A stretch of DNA of 64,000 nucleotides from the human T2T-CHM13v2.0 reference genome, Homo sapiens, in assembly GCF_009914755.1 (NCBI RefSeq), contig NC_060936.1; one strand, written 5' to 3'. The translations under genes and the position numbers were made by a program. The notes beneath the pieces are model-generated. The model had not been told where the DNA came from, made no database searches, and worked only from the letters and a program-made list of their open reading frames with translations. This document shows, piece by piece, positions 38,645-56,290 of this stretch. Each line of letters opens with the position of its first letter. Position 1 is the stretch's first letter.

Positions 38645-38932
38645 ACAGTTGTCCCTCGGTATCTTCAGGGGATTGGTTCCAGGACCCTTGTGTATACCCA
38701 AATTCATACATACTCAAGTCCCAAAGTCCACCCTGTGGAACCAGCATTTATGGAAAGTCAGCTCTCTGTATTCACCGGATGTGAAACATCACATCTCACA
38801 AATACAGTATTTATTTCTTTATTTCTCACAAGCTTTTTCCTCTTTAAGGAGCAGGCAGACCTGTATTTTTTATTGCTTTTGGTATAAGTGGATCTGTGCA
38901 ATTCAAAGCTGTTTCCTTCAAGGGTCAACTGC
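38645..38932. mobile_element. MER2-like Tigger MITE
   Basis: CAGTTGTCCCTCGGTATC...CAAGGGTCAACTG terminal inverted repeats, preceded by TA. Confidence 0.7.
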
Positions 38933-39261
38933 AGTAGTATTCCCGTCTTATAAATAAAGACACTGGAGGCTGAGAGGTTAAGCAAGCTGGCTAAGATAAT
39001 ACTAATAGGTAATAGGTCAAGACTGGAACCCAGATCGTCCCCTCCCACAGTCTGTGGTCTTTTCAGAAACTAATTTTCATTAAAAAAAAAAATACAGATA
39101 TCTGTCTTATCATAGCAAAGTTCACCTTTAATAATAACAAAACACAAAATATATACACACAAACATAACTTTAAAGAAAATTACGATGAAAGAGAAACTG
39201 CCAGGCACAGTGGCTCACGCATGTAATCCCAGCATTTTGGGAGGCTGAGGCGGGCGGATCA

Positions 39262-39477
<216 letters not shown>

Positions 39478-42132
39478 TCAAAAAAAAAAAAAAAAAAAGT
39501 TAAGATGAAAGAGAAACTATACCTAATGTCCTGCTAATTCTGGCAAATCAAACTAGGAATTTTACCACATTTCTTCACAACTCAATATTAAACAGAAGCC
39601 ATGGTGGTATGAAGGGAGAAAAGCTGCTATGAAAGAAGGAACAGAAAAGTTTAGGGAGGTAGCTATTAGGATAAGTGTATATGTTAGAGTGTGGGACTCA
39701 AACCTGACTGATTCCTGGCTTTGGCTCCAAAAAGTCTCTTAAAAATCCATTTGTTATAGGTAAGTGTTAACAGCAAAACCTCACTGGAGAAAAATAGTGG
39801 ACTCGTGACTTCTTCCTTTATTTGGTTACAGGGAGACATGTGACCTTTGTCATCCACCCTATCACGTTTGTGTTGAGCAGTATGGGTTGTGGGAAAGAGC
39901 TCAAGAATGCTTGGAATTAACCTAAACTCCTAGAAAAGGAACTGAAAATATAGGAGAAAAGGGTGAAGAAAAGAGGAAAGGAAATGGAGGTCTGTATTGA
40001 ACCCTGGGTAGCAACTCTTGAGCGAAGAAAGAGGAAAAAGGGGAAAGAGGGGAGCTAAATTATCTCTGAGGCAACTCAGTCTCATGGTTGCCTGAACTAG
40101 TCTATACTGCGGGAATAAGGTAGACGCCACTGGTTTCTTTGAAGTACCAGTGCGCTTCTTGCTTTCTATTCCTGGTCACAGACAAATTTATCAGTAGTGC
40201 AGTTTCTTCTTTTTAAGCTTCATTTAAATAATTATTAGTAGCACTTGGACCTTAGGTTAGGAAATCACTGTTTAATGACTTAAAGATTAACCGGCATGGA
40301 AATCCCATTCTTTATATGATTGGGGAGAGTTATTGAACTTGAGATTGTTTTACTTTGTAGCAATGTCTAAAGGCAGATTTGTTTTGTTTTGTTTTGTTTT
40401 TGAGGCGGGGTTTCGCTCTTGTTGCCCAGGCTGGAGTGCAATGGTGCAATCTTGTCTCACCCGCAACCTCTGCCTCCCAGGTTGAAGTAGCAGGGATTAC
40501 AGGCATGTGCCACCACGCCCAGCTAATTTTCTATTTTTAGTAGAGACGTGGTTTCTCCATATTGATCAGGCTGGTCTCAAACTCCTGACCTCAGGTGAGC
40601 CACCCACCTCGGCCTCCCAAAGTGCTGGGATTACAGGTGTCAGCCACCGCACCTGGCCTAAAGGCAGATTTTTAAAGGTGGAACATAATGCAAGTCTGCC
40701 TTTCTTAGGATGATCTAAGTTACATGTTAATAAAGTTCTTGGAGATCTAGCATAGAATGCATTCAGCACTGTAAATCACAACTTAATGTTTGCCTTGATA
40801 TGCTCTGTTGCTCTGAGCAAGTTGTGTGGGCTGTTATCTCCTGAGAAATCCCTGTAAATGGTATTAGTAATACTTTATAAGCAGGTTGGGAGAATATAGT
40901 TTTCTAAGGCATTTTGAAATTCTTAGATGAAAGGGTCTTTATGTAGCAAATTGGTGTCAGCCTATTTTCCTTCCTCTGAGCCAGAAGAAAATAGGCACCA
41001 TAGGGTGGGAAGGGTTGGCTTATCTGTTAGAGTTCTTTTGTAAGTAGCTTTTGTTGAATTTTTTTTTTGAGATGGAGTCTCGCTCTGTCGCCCAGGCTGG
41101 AGTGCAGTGGCGCGATCTTGGCTCACTGCAAGCTCCGTCTCCTGGGTTCAGGCTAGTCTCCTGCCTCAGCCTCCAGAGTAGCTGGGACTACAGGCGCCTG
41201 CAACCACGCCCGGCTAATTTTTTGTATTTTTAGTAGAGACGGGGTTTCACCGTGTTAGCCAGGACGGTCTTGATCTCCTGACCTCGTGATCCGCCCGCCT
41301 CAGCCTCCCAAAGTGCTGGGATTACAGGCGTGAGCCACCGTGCCCGGCTGCTTTTGTTGAATTTAAAGTGGATGTGAGAAGCTCCTAAGAATATCGTTCA
41401 CTGTAAAAGCAGACTTTTTTGGATTTGGGTCTTGGAATTCTTAACTGTATTTTCACCTAAGATTTAAAACAAGTTCAAATACTAGTTTGTAATTGGCCAG
41501 ACTTGGGACAGATACGATCCTTGAATGATCCTGGGTCTCAACTTACCTTTCTTTCATTTTTCCTTTATTTTAGAAGAGGGATAAGAACTTTTTCTGAAGA
41601 GCAGTCAACTTTTCCTTTCAGTGTGTAGGATTAATTCCACGAATCTGTGAACTTAAATCTTTGCTGCCAAATAACTTGCAGTAGATGCTGGGATAGTTTT
41701 AAATCTATTTTAAGTTATACATTCAGTACATAAGTGCATCTCCGTGTAAAAACAGCTATGTTTGGAAGATCTAAAACGCAGCTTTTGTTTTTGAGAAGCC
41801 AACAATCTAATAGGGTAGGATCATATATATGTACAACTAACCGTAATGCATGGTGTTTTGAAAAATGCACGTATCTCCCTGAATTACCCCTAGTTAATAA
41901 AATAATTGGGAGCAAATGGTAATATAAGGATTTTGGAGTAACTTAATACTACTAGATTTTGCTGTTTATACATTTACAAAAAACTTTCTGCTAATGCTAA
42001 AGAAATAGAACAAGTCTATATGCATAAAGGAAGGTAGGGCTAATTTACTTCCTGGTGCTATGAAACTGGCAATTGGACAGGTGCAATTGTGGGTGTCTTT
42101 TTTTTTTTAAGGTGTACCTGTTGCAGGTTTGA

Positions 42133-42412
<280 letters not shown>

Positions 42413-42414
42413 TA

Positions 42415-42516
<102 letters not shown>

Positions 42517-43279
42517 TTATGTATACTTTGCTATTTGCTGCTGGTGAGACAGATAAGGAGTCACGTCTTTAACTGCACTTGAGTTTCCAGTGACCCCATT
42601 AAATCCAATGGGTAAATTTTCCCACGCAGATTACTCACCCAGTTTACAGATTAAGCTTTCATATCCTTAGACTGTATCTGAAATTTTCATAGCTTTGCCC
42701 ACCTTTTAGGGTTCAGAGTTACTACCCATTCAGTGTCGGTGGCCTTTAGCTGTTGGCAAGCTTCCAAGTAAATAGCTCTTTTGCAGAGATCTCTACCCAT
42801 TCTATTCTTCCACTCCTGGGTAGTGGAGAACCAAAGTTCACCTGAGTAATGCCCGTGCCCAGCACCCAGTTTCCTGCAGGGGTTAGCACGGATATTGGAG
42901 GCTCCCCCGATCCCACAGATACTCAGGATGGGTATTGGAGGGGGCTTGGTTTTTAAGAGGACATGTGAAAGTAATTAACCCGATTTACATTTGTATAATG
43001 AGTCCAAACACCACCTTGCAAAAGAACTGAGAGTTTAGCCTTCTTAATGGAGTTTCTGCTTTTCACGGTCCTTGGCCTTACCGACGGTTTACAGTCCAGC
43101 CAGATTTAGTTCACAAAAAACCAAAACCAGGTCGACCTCACTGCAGTATATGATGGCAGCGAGCGTTTTAAAGCGCAGGACCTTTAGTCTCCTCAATAGT
43201 TTTGTGTAAAGTTGTCCAAAAGTGTTTTTTTTTAAAGTGAGGTGATCCAGTCGGTAAACGCTTTGAAAAAGAATAGCTG

Positions 43280-44654
<1,375 letters not shown>

Positions 44655-45609
44655 AGATTTCTTAGTATAGCATCCTTTTTGTGTTTTTTTTCTGAAGTTA
44701 GATGGAGAGTAAAATGTAAACTGAAGCACATATTGTATCTCTTGTAAAGTGAAAAAGTATTTTCAAGAACATCAGACATTGTTTTACTGTGCAGCATATT
44801 TTTCTTAGTAATTTATAAGGTCATGATCTTCTGTTATTAAAACAAATTCACTGGCATATTTATGGGAACGTTTTATTGAATGCCCTTTAAGACTATTAAT
44901 AAAAACAAGTTTTGGATACCAAATTAAGGGATATTTGATAATTTGCAAAACATAATAATTTACGAAAATCAGTGATGATGCTCTGTGATGCGTTGCTTTC
45001 TCTGTCATAGGGAACCAAGAGAATCCCAGAAAGGGTTCCTAACCAGGTTGGGCAAAGAGTGGGTAAAAAACAAAAGTTAAAAAAAAAACCTGTCTGTAAG
45101 GCAGTGAATATGCAACATTAAGACTAAAAAAGTCATTGCAAGGAAGACTTAGGATTTATGAGTGAGTATCCATATTCTAAACAATTTCTGTTATTGTACT
45201 CAGCAAAAGTAGTGTCTCTGCTGTAGTAGTTGAGGTATCAGCTAAGGGTGAAAGGTGAGTAGAAACACGAAGAAGGAAAAGGCATTCTAGGCAAGAGAAT
45301 AGCAAGGTCAAATGCATGGAATTGTTAGAAGTTAGGCACGAGAGGACCATTAGATTTATGGAAAAACTATTATATTTGATAAGCTGGGCAACAATTGAAT
45401 AACTTCATCTATTAATATCCTGAGAAGATGTTTTTGTCAAACTATTATACATTGAACACAAGATCTTGCTATCCAGTTGTAGTTTTTATCTACTGAATTT
45501 CTTCTCTGGCCCCTAGTGTCCCTTTGTGGTCTTTGCTAGTACATAGAATGTCCTTCACAATCTACGCTTTTTCATCATGTAACAACTTTGAATATTTGTC
45601 CCACTTTAA

Positions 45610-45933
<324 letters not shown>

Positions 45934-47752
45934 TAAATGCCAGGAAACTGACCTTGCTGAAACTAAAACATGTTAGTTTATCTGGATGTTCTTCACTTAG
46001 TGTAAAGCCATAAAGGCTTTTTTCTTTCCGTTGCATAAATTACAACCTTATTTGGAGATTATTGCCAAAAGTTTGGGTCATTAAGAAAGTAACTTGAGAA
46101 GGTGCAGTAAGCATACCCATAAGCTTTCTTCCCCTTGATCCCTATAGGAGCTTAATTTTTGGTAGTCGTGGAATTTTGCCATTAAACAATACTTTGGCAA
46201 ATGTTTAGGTATCTGTTATGCATAGCAGTGGCAAACTTTCCTAGTAAGTCTAGTGGTACAGGAAAGGGAAATCCAAAGACTCAACAAATGACACCAAGAC
46301 TGAGAGGAAGGATTTTTCATGTATGGAGATGAGGTTCTTCACCAATAATAGAGTAGAGGTTTTAGCAAAAATAGAACTTTCTCATGAAACTTGGCAAATT
46401 ATTTTCTAAATTAGTTACTCCTTTCACATATGAAAGAGCGCTGACCCTTGCTAGTGTCTAGTATCCTTTGATTTATAGTAGCAGTCATGGAAGCACCATT
46501 TGATCTCACTCATCCTCATTTCCAGCATGTCTCTACCAACCAAGTTCCTTGGGTTTTGCAGAGATCTGCTGTTGGAAGAAAAAGTACTCTTAATGACAGC
46601 AAAAAGATCCCGCCCCAGTACTTTACTGACATTCAGTTGCTCTGTTGAATGTCTCATGTCTTTACTAGGAGTATTTGACAGTGATGATTTAAAAGCATTA
46701 ATAGAGAATCTGGAGGCTTAGGAGAGGTAATTTTTTTGGTCTTCTCTAAAGTTAATAGCTGTTAAAATATAAAGTTGACCACTTCTGTTTCTATTTTTAC
46801 TGGTTGGCATGACACCAACCAGTAAAATGATGAGGATGATGGATTGCCTCATCATTTTTGAAATTTTGAAATTAAACTGACTGCTTACCTTGAAGAAAAA
46901 AGGAGATTAAAAATTTATAGAGGTTAAGAATCAAACTGCAAATCTGCTTGTTTCTTGCTAATACGTTTGTATACTGAATAGAAATAACATTATGCTAGTC
47001 TGTCTATATACTGGATCAAGATTTGTTAGGAAGAGGGCATTTCAAAATAGTGGAGATTGACGCAGGGAAGCTCAGCGGAGGACACCAGTGTAAATACATT
47101 CCAGCACTTCTTGACTTAGTTCCAGGCAATTTCCCTTCTTCAGGAGATGGAGAATTAGTAACTTAAAGGGATTAATTCCTACCAGCCACTATGCTAACAT
47201 GCATTATCTTTCTTAAACTCAGCCATTTGATGAGGTCAGGAACCTGTTAGCTTCGTTAAGGATTAGGTGATTGGTCGAAGTCACCTGGCCTTGTGAGTGG
47301 TAGAGCAAGTATTTTAACGCAGGTTATTTCTGCATCAGAGCCATCTATAATGGTAGGGGAAATAAAAGTACAAATCTGGCAAAGGATAGAAACTATGTTT
47401 AGGGGAAAAGTCAGGATTGCTTATTCCAATTTTAAAAGACTGCCACAGTTGAATTGCTTTCTGTTTTGTGCCCTTTTTGGGGGAGCCTGGAGCAGTGTTT
47501 TACTAGGAGTGGGTCTGGGGAAAGGGATTACTATGACAGGCAGGTGGATGAAAAGGAAGGCTATCTAATGTGTAAGCCTTGCCAACAAGTGACAGTTGCC
47601 TGCAGGTCATCTCATATTCTATAGCATTGGTTCTCAAAGTGTATGAGGCCCTTTTGGCATACTTTAAGGTCAGAATTATTTTCATAATAGTAAGATGCTG
47701 TTTGCCCTTTTCTTTCTTTTTTTTTTTTTTGAGATGGAGTCTCACTCTGTAG

Positions 47753-47917
<165 letters not shown>

Positions 47918-48595
47918 TAGCCAGGATGGTCTCGATCTCCAGACCTCATGATCCACCCGCCTTGGCCTCTCAAAGTGCTGGGATTACAGGCGTGAGCCAC
48001 CACGCCTCGCTGCCCTTTTCACTCTTAATTCTCTTGCATGTAAACTGTGAAGTTTTCCAGAGGTTATATGACAGGTGATGTGGCAACAGATTGAATGGAG
48101 AAACAGATATGAGCTGTCTTTTGTTGTCAGACATTAAAGAGAATCGCAAAGATACAAAACAGTGCCATTCTTCTAATTAAAAAATTTTTTAAAATAAAAA
48201 TACGTTAACATTTAATAAATATATTATTTTTAATTTGTTAATGAATATTTTAAGTTTCTTCTTAGTTTTAATTTCTAACATAGTAAATAGATAAAACCCA
48301 CATTAACAAGCTCTTTGGAGTCTCAATTTTAAAGCTCTGTTTAAGATTGTAAAGGAGTCCTGAGATGAAAGAGTTTGAGAACCTCTGTAGCAGCCACCAC
48401 AGTCAGCGGACATAATTTCAAGCAGTTGTAGTTGGAGGAGGATGGGGGAATTTTTCTCCTTTCCTTATCCCATCTCTGTGCTACCTTCTACTGTTTGGGG
48501 CAGCTGTTTTCTACTGTCTGTCTTATTTATATTTCAGGTGAAGTACCACTTAAATGGAACTGAATGATAGCACTTTCAATTTTAAGTTTGGTTAA

Positions 48596-48933
<338 letters not shown>

Positions 48934-49476
48934 TAAGGTCAACTGAATGCTTCAATTGCCTGTGTCTTGCCAATTGGTAAATTTTACCTACAGTGCTTAA
49001 AAATGGTGAGGTTCATTCAGAGCTTTTTTGGTAAAATCTGTGCACTGGTTGATACAATTTGACTTGAAGCTTGAACCAGGAGAAGCCAGGTTACATACAG
49101 AATTTCAGTAAGGAACGGATTGTAAACATTGGTGAAGGGAATATGTGACTTTTCAGCATGAGGATACATTTTCTGGTATTTGTTCTAGTAGGTATGTTGG
49201 AGGAGGGGGATTCCTAGAACCATGGTTTTCATTTAGACAGCCAGTTATTGTGTTCTGTCACCATCTTTGCTAATTTCATGCAGATAAAATGAGGTTGAGA
49301 TAAAAAATGATTGTATGTTATTTTTCCAGCAGAACATCTAACTGGATTTATTAGTTAACTCTTAAACCAGGAAGTCATGCTCTTTGAGACCCAGTAGGGA
49401 GTCACACTAGTTACTTGAAGCATAATTGATCCTTTGATCGAATGGCTATTATTACCAAATTGTTTTTCCCCCACAG

Positions 49477-49817
49477 TGCTTTGTATTGAAGGAGGAACCT
49501 TGGCCATAATGCCAGTTGATGACTACTGGCTGTGTTTACCAGCCTCTTGTGCTAGACCTTTTGTGCAGACTGTCAGAGTGGTGCAGTCTTGCCCCCACTG
49601 TTGCTGGTTTCCAGGTGTTCTCCCTTCAGTCCCTGAGCCACTACGTATGCCCGCCATGCTGCCAACAGGTAGCCACAGTGCTGTGCTTCCTCCTTCACAT
49701 TGCTCCACCGCACCCCCTTCCACATCCCAAGAACCTTCTTCTTCCGCTGACCCCAAGCTCTGCCTTTCACCCCCTACATCTGATAGTAGGCAAGAGAGAA
49801 ATGTGCAGTTTGGGCTG
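49477..49817 (+). CDS. TXNRD1: TXNRD1 alternative exon encoding a 103-aa Cys/Pro/Ser-rich N-terminal extension (ATG 49509, MPVDDYWLCLPAS...NVQFGL)
   Basis: Acceptor TTTTTCCCCCACAG| at 49476, donor CTG|GTAAGT at 49818. Phase-0 join to the 51000 exon stays in frame. Resembles the long mouse Txnrd1 N-terminus as I recall it. Confidence 0.75.
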
Positions 49818-49878
49818 GTAAGTTTGGGGGCTTTTTTTTGTTATTAAAGTTAAGGCTTTTTGTTTGTTTGTTTTTTAA

Positions 49879-50085
<207 letters not shown>

Positions 50086-50999
50086 TGACTTCAAGTGATC
50101 CTCCCGCCTTGGCCTCCCGAAGTGCTGGGATTACAGGCGTGAGCCACTGTGCCTGGCCTACTTGATTTTTTGAAAACATTTTATTGTGCTTGTTAACAAC
50201 TTTCTCAGTCATTATCTCTTGTTAACATAGATTTTTATTTTAGTAAGCGATAATATTAAATATATCACCAAAATATTGTATGAAACGAATATGAAATATA
50301 ATTAATGTGTATCAGAATTATATTAGTGGAATGAAATGATTTTTTAAAAATTAAGTCTAACACCTAAATTATAAAAGTCTGTTACTTGCTAAGTATATGG
50401 AAAGTAAATATTAAATATGGGAGACTTCATGCATATGCAAATTAAAGGAATGAGCTTTGCAGAGTTGTGCCTATTTAAAATATCCTACAAAAGCAGCAAC
50501 TTTCACGTTTAACTTTTCATGCAGGTCAGTATCAATTGACAGTTTTGTTCTGAATTTTTAGATGTTATGCCCCAGCCAAACAGTATAGAAATGTCTTAAA
50601 TAAATATTTGGCTGGTCTTTTAAAATTGTTATATTGAGATTAAGCTATGCCCATATTTACCAAGCCCCTATCTTTAAAACCTAGTTTAAAAATTCTAGGA
50701 AAAAAAGGCTAATGATTAAACCTGATTTAGACCTAAGTTGGTTTACTTATGTAGAGGTACTATACGAACACTTCAAAGTAGTTAGCAGTGACCGTCTTTG
50801 GGGTTAATAAACTAAGATAAAGCAAGCAGTTCACAACTTTAAGGAAGGTTGAATATTTCCATCTGTATGCTGTAATTAAACAGCATCTTCCCTTTGAAAA
50901 TTCCTTTTGTTTTTCTTTAAGAAAAGATTTTCTTACAAAGCTTTTTGGACATTGCTGATTTTAAGTTAAATTATTTTCTCTTCTGTTATTTTTCTTTAG

Positions 51000-51122
51000 G
51001 CTTATCAGGAGGGCAGACTTCAAAAGCTACTAAAAATGAACGGCCCTGAAGATCTTCCCAAGTCCTATGACTATGACCTTATCATCATTGGAGGTGGCTC
51101 AGGAGGTCTGGCAGCTGCTAAG
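51000..51122 (+). CDS. TXNRD1: TXNRD1 exon with LxxLL (LQKLL), main ATG (51036) and FAD-binding GGGSGG motif
   Basis: Encodes [41 protein letters not shown]. Acceptor TTTAG|, non-canonical donor AAG|GCAAGG. Confidence 0.96.
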
Positions 51123-51323
51123 GCAAGGCTCCTTGTGTTGTCTGTTGTCTGTTGTCTGGGTGGTGATTAGAATATTAACATCCCTGACAGGGTTCTCTCC
51201 TCTCTCTGTGGAATTTATTTGATCCACTCCTGTGACATTTTGCACATTAACTTGGGCAGGACATGGACATCGTAAGGGACCACTTTATAAATCATTTTTC
51301 CAGATTAAAATATACATTCCTTA

Positions 51324-51776
<453 letters not shown>

Positions 51777-52940
51777 TTAGTTAATATTTCTTAGTTAATA
51801 TTTGTCTTTTTCACTTGAATGATTTCCCTGTTCATAACCCCTTCTCTCCAATACAAAAAAAGATGGGGAGCAATTGGGTTTCTTAAACCCATTTATTAAA
51901 AATGATTTGCTTTTTGTGTATGTGAGGTTATCTAATAACCACTAACTCTGCGGTCTGAGGGTGATTGGGAAGAGGATGTATAAATAAAGAAGGTTAGGAG
52001 TGAGGCTCCTGGTTCTGAATCAAGATAAATTTCCCATGTGAGGACCCCTTGGGCCTGTCATCCTTACCCAACAGGTTCCTTTAAAAGATGAAGTGGTTAT
52101 AATTCCCTAAGGTATAGCTTGTGCTGAATCAGTAATGGGTAGAAGCTGCCCAAATACTGCAGACCAGTATGTAGCATGAAGCAATGCTTTACTGAAAGTA
52201 ATTGAGGAATAATACCTGATGTATTTTACTCCAGTGGTGGTGTGTTTGAAAGACGTGTAGACTCAGTCCTTTCAAATAACCTTTGGAGGTCTAGTTGCCA
52301 ATATTCAAAGCTTATTCTCTGAGAATGATAAAAGATATTCTGCAAAACAAACTTCTAACTCTTGTTTCCCTCCCTAAAAATATATTTGGAAATATCATAG
52401 ATGTTGTCAACTTTTTCATGAGCGCCTCATGTGAAAATTTTAGGAAATCTTGTAATACAGAAGAAAAACTTCTTCAGTATTCTGCCTTAGAAACCAAATT
52501 AGATTAAACTTTAAAATGATTTTTAAAATATCACCTTATAGGATACAGGTTGCATTAAGGGCTGTAGACTATCAGTAAACCTGCTTTTTCAGCTACTTGG
52601 CAACTTGCTTGGAAATGGCCACTTTCTTTTTTCAGGTTATTGCTGAATCTTATTGTTTGAGTGGAATTATGTGAGAGAAGTCTAAGGTTTCCAGCTGATT
52701 CTAACAATTTTACTACTCTATTCTGCATAATTTTAAAATCTACTCTCAGAACTATCTGAATATCTGTTAATTTTTATCCTGGAGTTTAACTAATCATCAT
52801 GGTGTGTGAAGTACCCAGGTATTAATTATTCGTTATGCTTTAAGCTCTATAGCTTAAAAAAAAATCATGGATTTTTAACAGCCCATTTCCAATCTGTCAT
52901 GTTAACCTTTCCAACTCACTTTAATAATTTTATTTTCCAG

Positions 52941-53013
52941 GAGGCAGCCCAATATGGCAAGAAGGTGATGGTCCTGGACTTTGTCACTCCCACCCCTCTT
53001 GGAACTAGATGGG
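52941..53013 (+). CDS. TXNRD1: TXNRD1 coding exon ([25 protein letters not shown])
   Basis: TTCCAG| acceptor, G|GTAAGC donor, 73 nt, frame consistent with neighbouring exons. Confidence 0.97.
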
Positions 53014-54341
53014 GTAAGCTTTTAAGATACTCTAGAAGTGATGTTGCCGAAGTAGTTTTCCCCTGGCAGTAATCTAACTGGTTCCTAAAGCCTAATTTAA
53101 AAAATCAAAAACTAAGTTAAAGAAAAAACAGCCCCAAAACATATATATCTTTTATTTGAGCCAAGTTAAAATGGATCAGGTTAAATGCTAAAAATTTAGG
53201 TTCTTTGGCACAGAGTCAAGAAGTAAGAACCCTGTCTACAAGCTATGATTTAAAGGTAAATATTTGAGTAATCTAGCATATATAGGGGCTTAATAACTGA
53301 AAATTTAAACTTTTCATATGTGGATTTGTTTTAAATCTACCTCCTACATTCAACAAGAGTTGGAATCAGATACCCTACTGTATAGCCCTTGCTGCTTCTG
53401 AGTCTTGATGAATTATATGTTCATAATATTTACTGAACATTTATTATGAACCAAGGCAATGACGATATAGCAGTGAACTTGGCATATTCAAAGTTCATGC
53501 CCTTGTGAAGCTTATATTCTAAGTGGGGAGACAAAAGATACCTAAGAACTTTAGGAGTTGTGGTAAGCGGTATTGAAAAAATTAATATAGTGGCATAGAG
53601 AGGAAGTGGATAAAGGAGAATTTAACTTCGAGAAGATTATCAAGGAAGACATCTGAAGAGGTGACATTTAGAAGAGGCCAAAGAATGAGAATGAGCCAGC
53701 TGTCAAAAGGTGAGGCAGAACCTTCCAGGCAGCTTCTCTTTCTTTGAGGATAGCACATACAAAGGCCCTGAGGTAGGTAAAAGTCCTTCATGGTTGTGGC
53801 ATGGATAATGGGAGCTGGAGGTGGTAGTGTGAGATGAGACCAGAGAGGAAGGCAGGTGTCACTATTGAGGGCTTTGTAGGCCAAGATGAGGAATTTGGAC
53901 TAATCAAAGCATATAATTTGGACTAAATTGGACTAATCAGAGCATATAAATGAGCCTTTGAAGACTCTAAGGCAGGGGAGCCATGTGATAATATAAGATT
54001 TTTTAAAGATTACTTGGCTGCTTGCATTAGAAGGAACCAAGAAGCAGGAAGTCCAGATAAGGCGATGTCACAATTTCTGATTCATCCATTCAGCAGATAT
54101 TTAATGTGTCAATCTGTGTCAGACACTGCTCTTGGTACTAGGTATATCCCTTCTGACCTGTGGAGCATATACTCCAGAGTGACAACTGGTAGTATTCTAC
54201 TCAGAGGACTTACTTTGAGCTGTGAAGTCTGTTGCCATCTTTCACTCTTATGTCATTTTGGTCACCTGCCTGTGTTTTGTTCTAATGGAAACAAGCTGTC
54301 ACCATATTCTTTAAGCTTAGGGATACTAAACCTATTTTTAG

Positions 54342-54826
<485 letters not shown>

Positions 54827-54844
54827 TAGATTCAATGGCAAGTG

Positions 54845-55152
54845 CAGATGCTGCTTGAATTACAATGGGGGACTACATCCTGATAAAATCCTTTGTAAGT
54901 TGAAAACAAGTCAAAAATGCATTTAATACACCTAACCTCCCGAACATCATAGCTTAGCCTGGTCTACCTTAAACATGCTCCGAAAACTTACATTAACCTA
55001 CAGTTGGGCAAAATCATCTAACACAAAGCCTATTTTATAATAAAGTGTTGAATATCTCATATAATTTACTGAATACTGAACTGAAAGTGAAACACAGTAT
55101 GGGTGTATGGGTATCAACATAAAGAGAAAAATCGTAAGTCGGGTCGTCTGTA
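54845..55152. mobile_element. MER47-like Tigger MITE
   Basis: CAGATGCT...TTACAATGGGG start, ...ATCGTAAGTCGGG..GTCTGTA end, and internal CAGTTGGGCAAAATCATCTAACACAAAGCC. Confidence 0.65.
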
Positions 55153-55453
55153 TAGGGTTGTGTACATAGTAAGATTTCAATTTCTGGCATCTTTATCAGC
55201 AGTCAGTTAATTTTGTATCTTTGAAGTATACGGAAATTGTGGAAATCTGCCCCTCTTTTTGTTTTGTTTTAGGATGATGTTACCGTGTTTGGTATGTAAG
55301 GGTCTCTGAACTTATGGATGTTGTAAGAGTTAGGAATAAACTTTATTACTGACCACATTAAGCAAATATAATACAATATTTCTTAGAGTTGTAATAATTG
55401 TTGACTTTGTTCTTTGAATGTTTGTAAGGCTTGGAAAGCAGGTTATAAACTGA

Positions 55454-55831
<378 letters not shown>

Positions 55832-56031
55832 TGAATATATTGTCATGTAGTATTTGTGAGAAATCATACAATGTTTATAATTTGTAAGGAAGTACTAATT
55901 GCATTTGCTTTCTTTCATGTTGCATTTTTCTCCCTCCAAAGAAGTCTGTTTCATGAGCTGATGTTTGTGGGGGGTGGGGGTTGTTTGTTCAGGAGGGGGT
56001 GGTTAGGCTTTGTTGGATTAAAACTATTTAG

Positions 56032-56290
<259 letters not shown>

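Noticed and set aside
46824-46900. ATGATGA as a box C of an intronic snoRNA
   Set aside because: The motif is buried in a perfect stem, and I see no convincing terminal stem closing box C to a box D.
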